Shown here one piece after another: positions 9,655-22,031 of a stretch of 64,000 nucleotides of DNA. Within the stretch, counting starts at the first letter, position 1. The number at the start of each line of letters is the position of its first letter. Position numbers and translations under genes: made by a program. The DNA lies in the NCBI GenBank assembly GCA_963755025.1, contig CAVWIH010000026.1, positions 1 to 64,000 on the forward strand, given 5' to 3'. The notes under the pieces are model-generated. The model was not told the DNA's origin, searched no databases, and saw nothing but the letters and a program-made list of their open reading frames with translations. Source of the stretch: an uncultured Actinomycetes bacterium (GTDB lineage: Bacteria > Actinomycetota > Thermoleophilia > UBA2241).

Positions 9655-10992
9655 GTGACCCACACCCTCATCTACCCGCACACCTCCCGCCACAACGACG
9701 CCGGTCACCTCGAGATCGGCGGCTGCGACGTCGTCGAGCTCGCCGCGCGCTTCGGCACGCCGCTGTTCGTCTACGACGAGCAGACGCTGCGCGACCAGTG
9801 CCGCGCCTACACCGCGGCCTTCGCCGACCGCACGGCCCACTCGCGCATCGTCTACGCCAGCAAGGCGTTCTCGTGCCGCGCCATGATCGAGCTCATCGCG
9901 CAAGAGGGCCTGGCCTTAGACGTGGCCTCGGGCGGCGAGCTCGCGGCCGCGCGCGCGGCCGCCTTTCCGCCCGGCGACATCTTCTTTCACGGCAACAACA
10001 AGACGCCCGCCGAGCTCGAGCTCGCGCTCGACTACGGCATCGGCTACGTGGTCGTCGACTCGCTCTCCGAGATCGCCGCGCTGCACGACGCTGCGGCCCG
10101 CCGCGGCGTCGTGCAGCAGGTGCTCGTGCGCCTCACGCCGGGCGTCACGCCCGACACCCACGCCGCGGTGCAGACCGGCCAGCCCGACTCCAAGTTCGGC
10201 TTTGGCCTGACCGACGGCCAGGCCGCCGAGGCGCTGGCGCGCTGTCTCGCGGCACCCAACCTCGAACCGGTCGGCGTGCACGCCCACATCGGCTCGCAGA
10301 TCTTCGACCTGTCGTCGTACCGCCGCGAGGTCGAGGTGCTCATGGACGCGCTCGCCCACTGGCGCGCGACGCTCGCCTTCGAGTGTCGCCTGCTCAACCT
10401 GGGCGGCGGCCTCGGCATTCGCTACACCGCCGGCGACGAGCCCTCGTCGATCAACGAGCTCGCCACGGTGGCGACCACGGCGCTCGACGCCGAGCTCGCC
10501 CGCCGCGACCTGACGCCGCCCACCGTGCTGGTCGAGCCCGGCCGCTCCATCGTGGGCACGGCGGCCGTCACCCTCTACCGCGTGGGCACCATCAAGCCGG
10601 TGCCCGACGGGCGCACCTACGTGGCGGTCGACGGCGGCATGTCCGACAACATCCGGCCCATGCTCTACGGCTCGCGCTACGAAGCCATGATCGCCAACCG
10701 CGCCGACACGCCGGCGACCTTCGAGACGACGGTCGTCGGCAAGCACTGCGAGTCGGGCGACGTGCTGGTGCGCGACGTGGTCATCGCCCCGCCCGAGCTG
10801 GGCGACGTGCTGGTCACGCCGGCCACCGGCGCCTACGGCTACGCCATGGCCAACAACTACAACGGCCAGCCGCGTCCGGCGGTGGTCATGGTGGCCGGCG
10901 GCGAGGCGCGCGTGATCATCGCGCGCGAGACGTGGGATGATGTGCTGCGGCTGCAGCAGCCCCTGGCGGGCGCGCCGGCCGCACGCGCCTGA
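9655..10992 (+). CDS. lysA: Diaminopimelate decarboxylase
   Basis: YASKAF PLP lysine, HIGSQIF, EPGRSIV, KHCESGD and GAYGYAMANNYN. Confidence 0.95.
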   Translation: MTHTLIYPHTSRHNDAGHLEIGGCDVVELAARFGTPLFVYDEQTLRDQCRAYTAAFADRTAHSRIVYASKAFSCRAMIELIAQEGLALDVASGGELAAARAAAFPPGDIFFHGNNKTPAELELALDYGIGYVVVDSLSEIAALHDAAARRGVVQQVLVRLTPGVTPDTHAAVQTGQPDSKFGFGLTDGQAAEALARCLAAPNLEPVGVHAHIGSQIFDLSSYRREVEVLMDALAHWRATLAFECRLLNLGGGLGIRYTAGDEPSSINELATVATTALDAELARRDLTPPTVLVEPGRSIVGTAAVTLYRVGTIKPVPDGRTYVAVDGGMSDNIRPMLYGSRYEAMIANRADTPATFETTVVGKHCESGDVLVRDVVIAPPELGDVLVTPATGAYGYAMANNYNGQPRPAVVMVAGGEARVIIARETWDDVLRLQQPLAGAPAARA

Positions 10993-11084
10993 GCGCGGCG
11001 CGCGAACGAGGCGGCGGAGCGGCGGCCTGCGGCGCACGGCGACAGAGCTGACAACCAGGTAACGGCACTGACGAAAGGACAGCG

Positions 11085-12372
11085 GTGGACGAGGTCGGCA
11101 TCGGACTTGTGGGGTACGGCACGGTAGGCTCCGGCGTCGGGCGGCTGCTGCACGAAGGCGCCGACGAGATCCGCCTGGCGACCGGCAAGGACGTGCGCCT
11201 GCGCACGGTCTGCGAGCTGTCGCCCGAGCGCCGCGCCCAGGTGCCGCCGGGCGTGCACGTCACGACCGACTTCGCCGAGCTCGTCGCCGACCCCGCCATC
11301 CACATCGTCATCGAGCTGATCGGCGGCATCGAGCCGGCGCGCACCATCCAGCTCGCCGCCCTCGCCGCCGGCAAGTCGGTGGTGACCGCCAACAAGCAGC
11401 TCCTCTCGCAGCACGGCGCCGAGCTGCTGCAGACCGCCGAAGACCACGGCGCCTTCTTGCGCTTCGAAGCAAGCTCGGTGGGCGCCGTGCCGGTGATCAA
11501 GGTGCTGCGCGAGTCGCTCGCCGCGGCGCGCATCACCGGCGTCATGGGCATCGTCAACGGCACGACCAACTACATCCTCTCGGCCATGGCGCAGAGCGGC
11601 GCCGAGTACGCCCCGACGCTGGTGCAGCGCCCAGGAGCTGGGCTACGCCGAAGCCGACCCCACCGAGGACGTGACCGGCAAGGACGCGGCCGCCAAGATG
11701 GCGATCCTCTCGTCGATCGCCTTTCACAGCCGCGTCAACCTGGCCGACGTCGAGCACCAGGGCATCGAGTCGATCACCGACGTCGACGTGGCCTACGGCA
11801 AGGCCGCTCGGCCTCGTGCCCAAGCTGCTCGGCGTGGCCAAGCTCATCGACGGGCCGCGTCAACGTGCGCGTCTACCCCTGCTTCATCCCGACCGAGCAT
11901 CCGCTGGCCGGCGTCTCGGGCGCCTACAACGCCGTGTTCCTCGAGTCGCGACAGCTTCGACAACATCATGCTCTTCGGCCCCGGCGCCGGCGGCACGCCG
12001 ACCGCCTCGGCGGTGATCGGCGACGTCATCTCCATCGTCAACACGGCGGCCGGCGGCTACATCCGCAACTGCACCTGCTACAAGGACCTCGGCTTCTACC
12101 CGAGCGCCGAGGTGGTCTCGCACTTCTACCTGCGCGTGCGGGTGGCCGACGAGCCCGGCGTGCTGGCCGCCATCGCCGGCGTGTTCGGGCAGGAGGGCGT
12201 GAGCATCCAGTCCATGCAGCAGAGCGGCGAAGAAGACGCGGCCCAGCTCGTGCTGGTCTTTCACCCGGTGCGCGAGGCCGCCTTCTTCGGCGCCCTCGCC
12301 CGTATCGAGGCGCTGCCCGTCGTGCGCAGCCGCCCGAGCGTCGTGCGCATCGAGGGCCTCGATGGCCGCTGA
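11085..12372 (+). CDS. hom: Homoserine dehydrogenase with C-terminal ACT domain (several indels 11620-11950)
   Basis: [31 protein letters not shown] and [13 protein letters not shown] spread over three frames. Confidence 0.9.
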
Positions 12373-13540
12373 GCTCGCCGGCGGCGGGCGCGGCCGGGGC
12401 GTGATCGCCCACTACCGCGCCTACCTGCCGGTCACCGACGAAACGCCGATCGTCACCCTGGGCGAGGGCGACACGCCGCTCGTGGCGGCGCCCCACCTGG
12501 GCGCCGCGCTGGGCGTCGAGCTCTTCCTCAAGCTCGAGGGCGTCAACCCCACCTGCTCGTTCAAGGACCGCGGCATGACGATGGCCGTGACCAAGGTCGT
12601 CGAAGAGGGCTTCAAGGCCGTCATCTGCGCCTCGACGGGCAACACGAGCGCCTCGGCGGCGGCCTACGCGGCCAAGGCCGGCATACGGGCGATCGTCGTC
12701 ATCCCCGAGGGCAAGATCGCCATGGGCAAGCTCGCCCAGGCGGTCGCCTACGGCGCCCACGTGGTCTCCATTCCGGGCAACTTCGACGTCGCCTTCGACG
12801 TGGTGCGCGCCGCCGCCGCGGCCCTGCCCATCGCCCTGGTCAACTCGGTCAACCCCTTCCGCATCGAGGGCCAGAAGACCGGCGCCTTCGAGATCTGCGA
12901 CGCCCTCGGCGGGCCGCCCGCCTACCACTGCATCCCGGTGGGCAACGCCGGCAACATCACGAGCTACTGGAAGGGCTACCGCGAGTATCGCGAGGCCGGC
13001 GTCACCGACCGCCTGCCCGTCATGTGCGGTTTTCAGGCGGCCGGCGCGGCGCCGCTCGTGCTGGGCCACAAGGTCGAGGCGCCCGAGACCATCGCCACCG
13101 CCATCCGCATAGGCAACCCGGCGCGCGCCGACGAAGCGCTGGCCGCCGCGCACGACTCGGGCGGCTTCATCGACTCGGTCACCGACGACGAGATCCTGGC
13201 CGCCTACAAGCTCGTGGCGCTCACCGAGGGCGTGTTCTGCGAGCCGGCGAGCGCGGCCTCGATCGCGGGCCTGAAGAAGGCCCGCGACCAGGGCCGCATA
13301 CCGGCCGGCGCCGTGGTCGCCTGCGTGCTCACCGGGCACGGCCTCAAAGACCCCGACACCGCGGTGCGCACCGCGGCGCAGCCCGTCTTCACTCAAGACG
13401 CGCTGGCCGAGATCGAGCGCGCCCTGGCCACGCCCGCCGTGCCCGCCGGCTTCGCCGCGCCCGTCACGGCCGGCGCGGGCGCTGGGCCGGCAGGCTCCGA
13501 CGCCGCCGCCACGCCCGCCGAGCGCGCGACAAGGGCGTGA
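12362..13540 (+). CDS. thrC: Threonine synthase
   Basis: [41 protein letters not shown] and LTGHGLKDP. Confidence 0.95.
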   Translation: MAAELAGGGRGRGVIAHYRAYLPVTDETPIVTLGEGDTPLVAAPHLGAALGVELFLKLEGVNPTCSFKDRGMTMAVTKVVEEGFKAVICASTGNTSASAAAYAAKAGIRAIVVIPEGKIAMGKLAQAVAYGAHVVSIPGNFDVAFDVVRAAAAALPIALVNSVNPFRIEGQKTGAFEICDALGGPPAYHCIPVGNAGNITSYWKGYREYREAGVTDRLPVMCGFQAAGAAPLVLGHKVEAPETIATAIRIGNPARADEALAAAHDSGGFIDSVTDDEILAAYKLVALTEGVFCEPASAASIAGLKKARDQGRIPAGAVVACVLTGHGLKDPDTAVRTAAQPVFTQDALAEIERALATPAVPAGFAAPVTAGAGAGPAGSDAAATPAERATRA

Positions 13541-13670
13541 CCTGCGCGCCTGCGGGGTATGCCTGCGGGGTATCCACCAGCGCCGAGGGCCGGCGGCGCC
13601 GCCAGCACGAGCTTCTGACCGGTCGGCTTGCCCGTAGTACGCCCGTGTGTGAAAGGAACATCCCTCACCC

Positions 13671-15941
13671 ATGGATCCTGAAAAGCCGCCGAAGCGCCGC
13701 TCTTCGGCCGCCGGGGAACGCCGCATCGCCCAGCCTCTGCCCCCCGAGACCGAGATCGTCATAGGTGACGAGCGCTTCGAGTCGCTCGGCCAGGCGAGCG
13801 CGGTCGAGGCCGCCGAACGCTACGTCATGACCGAACCGCGCCGCCGCCGCCTGGTCATCAAAGAGGACGAGCTCCTCATGTACACCGACGATGAGGGCTT
13901 CATTCCCGCGGCCGAGAGCTCGTCGCTGGGCCTTTACTTTCGCGACACGCGCTTTCTGTCGCGTCTCGAGATGACGATCGGCGGGCGGCGGCCGGTGCTG
14001 CTCTCGTCGACCGCCGAGCGCAACTACGTCTCGTCGGCCGAGTTCACCAACCTCGAGATCAAGGCGCCGGGCGGCGAGAAGATCCCGCAGACCTCGGTGC
14101 ACGTGCGCCGCACGCGGCTCGTGTCGGACCGCATCTACGAGCTGCTGCGCATCAAGAACTACCACTCGGCGCCGGTCGAGGTCGACATAGAGCTCACCTT
14201 CGACGCCGACTTTCGCGACATGTTCGAGGTGCGCGGCACGCGCCGCCACAAGCGCGGCACGCGCCTGGCGCCCAAGGTCGACGGCTCCACCCTGACGCTC
14301 GCCTACTACGGCCTCGACGAGGTGCTGCGCAAGACGATCGTGCGCTTTGCCCAGCCGCCGGCCCGCCTGCGGGGCGGCACGGCGAGCTTTCGTGTGAGCC
14401 TCGCGCCGCGCGAACGCAAGGTGGTGCGCTTCTCGATCGAGGTGGCCGTGCCCGACGCCCCGCCCTTGAGCGACGGCGACTTCACGGCGCGCCTCACCGA
14501 CATGCGCCGCGACTACGAGCGCTCCTTCGCCGGCGCGACCGGCATCTTCACCGACTCCGAGCAGGTGACCGGCGTGCTGCGCCGCGGCCAGGCCGACCTG
14601 CGCATGCTCTCCATGGACACGCAGTACGGCCGCACCTACGCGGCCGCCGTGCCCTGGTTCGTGGCGCCCTTCGGGCGCGACTCGATCATCGCCTGCCTCG
14701 AGACGCTCATGCTCGACACGCGCCCGGCGGTCGACGCCGTGCGCTTTCTCACGCGTCTGCAGGGCCGCACCGACAACGCCTTCCGCGAGGAGGAGCCCGG
14801 CAAGATCCTGCACGAGCTGCGCCGCGGCGAGCTCGCCGCCCTCAAGGCCATCCCCCACACGCCCTACTACGGCGCCGTCGACTCGACCGCGCTCTACCTG
14901 TTGCTCGTCTGCGAGGTGGTCATGTGGACCGGCGACCTCGAGTTCTTCGAGCTGCTGCGCGAGCCCATCGAGGCCGCCCTGCGCTGGATCGACACCTGCG
15001 GCGACGCCGACGGCGACGGCTTCGTCGAGTACCAGCGGCGCTCGCGCGCCGGCCTCGAGAACCAGGGCTGGCGCGACGCCCGCGACGCCATCGTGCACCG
15101 CGACGGCACGCCGGCGCAGGGGCCCATCGCCCTGGCCGAATCGCAGGCCTACGTGTACTACGCCAAGCGCCGCCTCGCGATTCTCTTCGGGCAGCTCGCC
15201 GACGTCGAGATCTCGGAGCGCCTGCAGGCCGAGTCGCAGGCCCTCAAGCTGCGCTTCAACGAGCGCTTCTGGATGGACGACGAAGGCTACGTGGCGATGG
15301 CCTTGGACGGCGACAAGCGCCAGGTCAAGACCATCGTCTCGACGGCCGGCCACTGCCTCTGGTCGCGTATTCTGGCCGACGAGCACGTGCCGGCCGTGGC
15401 CGAGCGCCTGCTCTCGCCCGACATGTTCTCGGGCTGGGGGGTGCGCAGCATGTCGAAGGCGGCGGCGCCCTACAGCCCCATGAGCCTCTACAACGGCAGC
15501 GTCTGGCCGTACGACAACGCGCTCATGGTCACCGGCCTCAAAAAGCACGGCTTCACGCAAGAGGCCAACCGCCTGGCCGGCGCCCTGTTCGACGCGGCGC
15601 TCGAGCAGCAGTACTCGCGCCTGCCCGAGTTCATCTGCGGCTTCACCCGCCAGGCGGTCAACCGGCCGGTGGCCTACCCCATGGCCTGCTCGCCCGACGC
15701 GCCGGCCGCCGGCGCGCCGTTCCTCATGCTGCAGGCCATGCTCGGCCTGTTCGCCAGCGCCGCCGAGAACGTGCTCTACGTGCACAACCCGTCGCTGCCC
15801 AAGTGGCTGAACGAGGTCACGCTCTCCAACCTGAGCGTGGGCCGCTCAAAGCTCAGCCTGCGCTTTCGACGCGACGGCAACCAGACCACCTTCTCGGTGC
15901 GCGACAAGCAGGGCGGCGTGCGCGTCGTCGTCGTGGAATAG
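13671..15941 (+). CDS. Amylo-alpha-1,6-glucosidase / glycogen-debranching-like glycoside hydrolase
   Basis: GLYFRDTRFLS, ADFRDMFEVRG, PWF..FGRDS, EEPGKILHELR, NQGW.D, NGSVWP.DN and RLPE..CG motifs. Confidence 0.85.
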   Translation: MDPEKPPKRRSSAAGERRIAQPLPPETEIVIGDERFESLGQASAVEAAERYVMTEPRRRRLVIKEDELLMYTDDEGFIPAAESSSLGLYFRDTRFLSRLEMTIGGRRPVLLSSTAERNYVSSAEFTNLEIKAPGGEKIPQTSVHVRRTRLVSDRIYELLRIKNYHSAPVEVDIELTFDADFRDMFEVRGTRRHKRGTRLAPKVDGSTLTLAYYGLDEVLRKTIVRFAQPPARLRGGTASFRVSLAPRERKVVRFSIEVAVPDAPPLSDGDFTARLTDMRRDYERSFAGATGIFTDSEQVTGVLRRGQADLRMLSMDTQYGRTYAAAVPWFVAPFGRDSIIACLETLMLDTRPAVDAVRFLTRLQGRTDNAFREEEPGKILHELRRGELAALKAIPHTPYYGAVDSTALYLLLVCEVVMWTGDLEFFELLREPIEAALRWIDTCGDADGDGFVEYQRRSRAGLENQGWRDARDAIVHRDGTPAQGPIALAESQAYVYYAKRRLAILFGQLADVEISERLQAESQALKLRFNERFWMDDEGYVAMALDGDKRQVKTIVSTAGHCLWSRILADEHVPAVAERLLSPDMFSGWGVRSMSKAAAPYSPMSLYNGSVWPYDNALMVTGLKKHGFTQEANRLAGALFDAALEQQYSRLPEFICGFTRQAVNRPVAYPMACSPDAPAAGAPFLMLQAMLGLFASAAENVLYVHNPSLPKWLNEVTLSNLSVGRSKLSLRFRRDGNQTTFSVRDKQGGVRVVVVE

Positions 15942-15950
15942 GAGAGCGCC

Positions 15951-16739
15951 ATGGCCCCCTTCGTCATCGCCCACGTCTCCGACTTTCACGCCGGCTCGCC
16001 GTACTTCGTGGCCAACCTCATGGACCGCGCCGTCGTCGAGCTGAACGAGCTCAGACCCGACGTGGTGGCGGTCACCGGCGACCTCACCAACGAGGGCTTC
16101 AAGCAGGAGTTCCAGGTGGCCAAGAGCTACCTCGACCGCCTCGAGTGCCCCCACCTGCTGGTGATTCCGGGCAACCACGACTCGCGCAACGTGGGCTACG
16201 TGCACTTCGAGCACCTCTTCGGGCCGCGCGCCGTGGTGCTGCACACCGGCGACATCTCGATCGTGGGGGTCGACTCCACCGAGCCCGACCTCGACTACGG
16301 CACCATCGGCCGCTCGCGCTACGGCTGGCTCGAGGAGCAGTTTTCGGTGCCCGCCCGCTTTCGCATCTTCATGCTGCACCACCACCTGCTGCCCATCCCC
16401 GGCACGGGGCGCGAGCGCAACATGGTCTACGACGCCGGCGACACCCTCGAGGTGCTGCAGCGCTGCAACGTGAACCTCGTGCTGTCGGGCCACAAACACG
16501 TGCCGCACGCCTGGCATTTTGAGAACATGTTCGTGGTGAACGCCGGCACGGTCTGCTCGCTGCGGCTGCGCGGCGACACCCGGCCCTGCTACAACATCGT
16601 GACGATCGACGACGACCACGTGCGCGTCGAGCGCAAGTACCCCTTCCACGGCACCGAGACGATCATCGAGTTCTCGCCCTCGACGCTGCACTACCAGAAG
16701 TTCGCCGGCCGGCCCGACGAGCGCCGGCTGCAGAAGTAG
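15951..16739 (+). CDS. Calcineurin-like metallophosphoesterase (Icc/CpdA-like)
   Basis: HVSDFH, TGDLT, PGNHD, LHHH and SGHKH motifs. Confidence 0.9.
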   Translation: MAPFVIAHVSDFHAGSPYFVANLMDRAVVELNELRPDVVAVTGDLTNEGFKQEFQVAKSYLDRLECPHLLVIPGNHDSRNVGYVHFEHLFGPRAVVLHTGDISIVGVDSTEPDLDYGTIGRSRYGWLEEQFSVPARFRIFMLHHHLLPIPGTGRERNMVYDAGDTLEVLQRCNVNLVLSGHKHVPHAWHFENMFVVNAGTVCSLRLRGDTRPCYNIVTIDDDHVRVERKYPFHGTETIIEFSPSTLHYQKFAGRPDERRLQK

Positions 16740-16759
16740 GGCGGGGCCGCAGCCACAAA

Positions 16760-16808
16760 CAAGCCCGCACCAGACGGCAAGCCCGCACCAAGCGACAAGC
16801 CCGCACCA
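16760..16808. repeat. 18-bp-period tandem repeat, core CAAGCCCGCACCA x3
   Basis: Copies start at 16760, 16778 and 16796. Confidence 0.7.
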
Positions 16809-16863
16809 CGTACCACGAAGACCTGCTGTTCGAAGGCCGACCGCACAACCGACGGGGGGCGGC

Positions 16864-18531
16864 GTGGACCCAAGCAGCGTCAACCCGACTAGCGGCAACC
16901 CAGGCGACGCGAGCCCGAGCGGAGCGGCTCCCGGCGGAGCGGCTCCGAGCGGCGCTGATCCAAGAGAGCCCGCGATCGCGCTGATCGACGGCGAGCACTA
17001 CCCGGCGGTCGTGGTCGACACGCTGCGCGAGCTCTCGGCGCGCTACCGGTTCGTGGCCGCCCTCTTTCTGGGCGGCGGCGAGAAGCTGCGCGCAGGCGAT
17101 GCGCGCGGGCTCGACGAGCTCTACGGCCTGCCGGTCACGCCGGCGCCGGTCGCCGCGCCGGGCGCGCCGGCCGGCGAGCGCGGCGCGGCTGCCGCGGGCG
17201 CCGGAAGCGGCGGCGCCGCAGGCGCCGCCGCCCTGCGCGGCGCCCTCGCCGGGCTGCTGGCAGGCTCGGGCGCGCGAGTGGTCGTTGACGTGTCCGACGA
17301 ACCGGTGCTAGGGTACGAAGAGCGGTTCCAGCTCATCAGTGTGGCGTTGTCTTGGGGTGCACGCTACGTGGGGGCCGACTTTCAGTTCTCACCCCAGTCT
17401 CTTGCACGACTCTCCAGCAAGCCGTCGCTTGCGATCATAGGAACCGGAAAACGGGTCGGAAAGACCGCCGTGAGCGGGCTCTTCGGCCGGCGGCTCGGCG
17501 CCCGTTACGGGCTCGAGCAGGTGGTGATCGTGGCGATGGGGCGCGGGGGACCGGCGGCTCCGCAGGTGGTCCGCGGCGGCGACAAGCTCGGCGCCAAGGG
17601 CCTGCTGGCCGTCTCAAGGCAAGGCCTGCATGCAGCGTCCGACTACCTCGAAGACGCCGTGCTGACCGGCGTGACAACGGTCGGTTGCCGGCGATGCGGC
17701 GGCGGTATGGCGGGGGCTTCCATGAGCGACACGGTGGGCGCAGCCCTCGGTGTCGTACACGACATGGACGCCGCCATCGTGATCTTCGAGGGCAGCGGTT
17801 CGGCGATACCGCCGGTGCAGGCGCAAGCGGTCGTCTGCGTGGCTTCGGCCTCGCAGCCGCCCGAGTACATAACAGGGTATCTGGGTACGTATCGAATGCT
17901 CATTTCCGACGCACTCTTCCTCACCATGTGTGAACCACCCTTCTGCGATGCAGCTCGCGTGGCCACGCTGCGCGACGCCGTCCTCGCCACAAACCCCGAC
18001 ATCGACGTCGTGCCGACCGTCTTTCGGCCGCGGCCGGTCGACTCCGTCGCCGGCCGCCGGGTGGCCTACTTCTCAACGGCGGCGCCCGAGAGCGCCGGCC
18101 TGCTGGCGCGCCACCTCGAAGAGGTCCACGGCGCCAGGGTCACGCTGGTCTCTACCGACCTCGCGCGCCGGCCGGCGCTGCAGCAGGCGATCGCCGCCGC
18201 CGGCAAGGCCGACGTGTTCCTCACCGAGATCAAGGCGGCGGCCGTCGACGTAGTCGCCGAAGCCGCCGCGGCGCAGGGTAAAGAGCTCGTCTTTTGCGAC
18301 AACGAACCGGTGGCCCTCGACGGTCGCGACCTGTCGGCCACCATCGACGGGCTCACCGACACGGCGCTGGCGCGCTACGCGGCGGGGCAGTACGGCCCGC
18401 CTCAGGGCGCCGCCGCGCCACACAGCGCCGCTTCACACGGTGCCGCGTCATACGGGGCCGCGTCACACGAGCCGGCGCCACACAAGCCGGCGCCACACGA
18501 TTCCGATCCCACCGAGAGGGGGCAGTCATGA
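16864..18531 (+). CDS. cpgS: Cyclic 2,3-diphosphoglycerate synthetase
   Basis: ALIDGEHYP, DVSDEPVL, GTGKRVGKTAVS, AMGRGGP, HAASDYLED, GCRRCGGG, EGSG and TEIKAAAVDVV match archaeal CpgS; start uncertain. Confidence 0.85.
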   Translation: MDPSSVNPTSGNPGDASPSGAAPGGAAPSGADPREPAIALIDGEHYPAVVVDTLRELSARYRFVAALFLGGGEKLRAGDARGLDELYGLPVTPAPVAAPGAPAGERGAAAAGAGSGGAAGAAALRGALAGLLAGSGARVVVDVSDEPVLGYEERFQLISVALSWGARYVGADFQFSPQSLARLSSKPSLAIIGTGKRVGKTAVSGLFGRRLGARYGLEQVVIVAMGRGGPAAPQVVRGGDKLGAKGLLAVSRQGLHAASDYLEDAVLTGVTTVGCRRCGGGMAGASMSDTVGAALGVVHDMDAAIVIFEGSGSAIPPVQAQAVVCVASASQPPEYITGYLGTYRMLISDALFLTMCEPPFCDAARVATLRDAVLATNPDIDVVPTVFRPRPVDSVAGRRVAYFSTAAPESAGLLARHLEEVHGARVTLVSTDLARRPALQQAIAAAGKADVFLTEIKAAAVDVVAEAAAAQGKELVFCDNEPVALDGRDLSATIDGLTDTALARYAAGQYGPPQGAAAPHSAASHGAASYGAASHEPAPHKPAPHDSDPTERGQS

Positions 18532-19463
18532 CCGACGACGTCGAGATGGTGGTCGTCACCCGCGACCCGCAGCTGCCCTACTCCAAGGGCCTCATGGCGC
18601 AGGCCCTCATGGCCACCGGCCTGCCGCCCGAACGCGCCTACCAGATCGCCTCGGCGGTCGGCGAGCGCCTGCACGACAGCCGGCAGGGCACCATCACCCT
18701 GCAGGGCCTCGAAGAGATCGCCACCGAGGTACTCGGCGACGACGACGGCAAGGCCACCATCGCCCGGTTTCGCAAATGGCAGAACCTCACGCGGCTGGCG
18801 CAGCCCCTGGTCATACTGGTGGGCGGCACCACCGGCGTCGGCAAGAGCACGCTGGCCACGCAGATCGCCCATCGCCTGGGCATCTCGCGCGTCGTCTCGA
18901 CCGACACCGTGCGCCAGGTCATGCGCGCCTTCTTCGCCCCCGACCTCATGCCCGAGATCCAGTACTCGTCGTTCGAAGCGGCCGCCGGCGTGCGCATTCC
19001 GCTGCCCGACTGGAGCGACGTCGACGAAGCCGGCTTCATCGAGCAGGCCAAGAGCATCGCGGTGGGCGTCAACGCCGTCGTCGACCGCGCCATCACCGAG
19101 GGCCAGCGCACCATCATCGAAGGCGTGCACCTCGTGCCCGGCTTTCTCGACCGCAGCCGCTGGAACCAGGCCGTGGTGGTCGAGGTCGTGCTCGCCATCC
19201 GCGACCTCGAGCGGCACCGCAGCCACTTCTACGTGCGCGAGTGGGAGACCGACGGCATCAGGCCGCTGCGCCGCTACATCACCGGGTTCCCCAAGATCAG
19301 AAAGGTCCAGGACTACATTCTCGCCCAGGCCGCAAAGCAGGGCGTGACCGTCCTCGAGAACGACAGCATCGACCAGACCGTCAAGGCGGTCATGGCCCAT
19401 GTGCTCGACGCAGTAGCCGACTACACCCAGCCGGCGCCCGCACCCAAAGCAGTAGGAGGATGA
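18528..19463 (+). CDS. pgk2: 2-phosphoglycerate kinase (ATP-cone plus P-loop)
   Basis: PYSKGLMA ATP-cone, GGTTGVGKST, STDTVRQVMR, IIEGVHLVPG; ATGA overlap with cpgS. Confidence 0.85.
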   Translation: MTDDVEMVVVTRDPQLPYSKGLMAQALMATGLPPERAYQIASAVGERLHDSRQGTITLQGLEEIATEVLGDDDGKATIARFRKWQNLTRLAQPLVILVGGTTGVGKSTLATQIAHRLGISRVVSTDTVRQVMRAFFAPDLMPEIQYSSFEAAAGVRIPLPDWSDVDEAGFIEQAKSIAVGVNAVVDRAITEGQRTIIEGVHLVPGFLDRSRWNQAVVVEVVLAIRDLERHRSHFYVREWETDGIRPLRRYITGFPKIRKVQDYILAQAAKQGVTVLENDSIDQTVKAVMAHVLDAVADYTQPAPAPKAVGG

Positions 19464-19695
19464 TGGAGCCCATCGCCGACACCGTGAGCACCCGCGACCC
19501 GGTACGCAACACTCAAGCCGCGCGCGGCGGTGCCGATATCGCTACCATCCCATCCCAGGTGCTCCCTCACATGGCCGAACGGCAACGCCGGTTCGGACCG
19601 ACAGAAAGGAGCCCGCGCTTGGGCATCTCACACCGGACGAACCCCCACATCGCCGGTCGCCCGACCCAACCGAGAATCCCGATCGCGAGACAATC

Positions 19696-19699
<4 letters not shown>
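19460..19699 (+). pseudogene. Internally deleted transaldolase / fructose-6-phosphate aldolase (Fsa/TalC) relic
   Basis: MMEPIADT then VSTRDPVRNTQAARGGADIATIPSQVLPHM aligns with Fsa N-terminus (MxxxxDT) and C-terminal SxRxPxxxxxAAxxGADIATIPxxVLxxM; AGGAGG immediately upstream; tal commonly lies upstream of rho. Confidence 0.65.
19513..19539 (+). promoter_or_regulatory. sigma-28-type promoter upstream of rho
   Basis: TCAA-N15-GCCGATAT; could be coincidental because it coincides with TQAA..GADI codons. Confidence 0.4.
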
Positions 19700-21835
<2,136 letters not shown>

Positions 21836-22031
21836 GCGCGAAAGGGGCGGCGGCCGGGGCCGCGCAGCCGGGCGCGCCGCGTCGCGGCCGGCGCGCAGCC
21901 GGTCCGGCCGCTGGTTTTGCGACGGGAACAGTAGTAGTAGAGGGGATGGAGCAAGCCGCGCGCTCGCGTGAGCCAAGGCGGACGTGCTACCATATCGTGC
22001 TTCATCCCAGTCATCGAAGGGACGACGGTTC

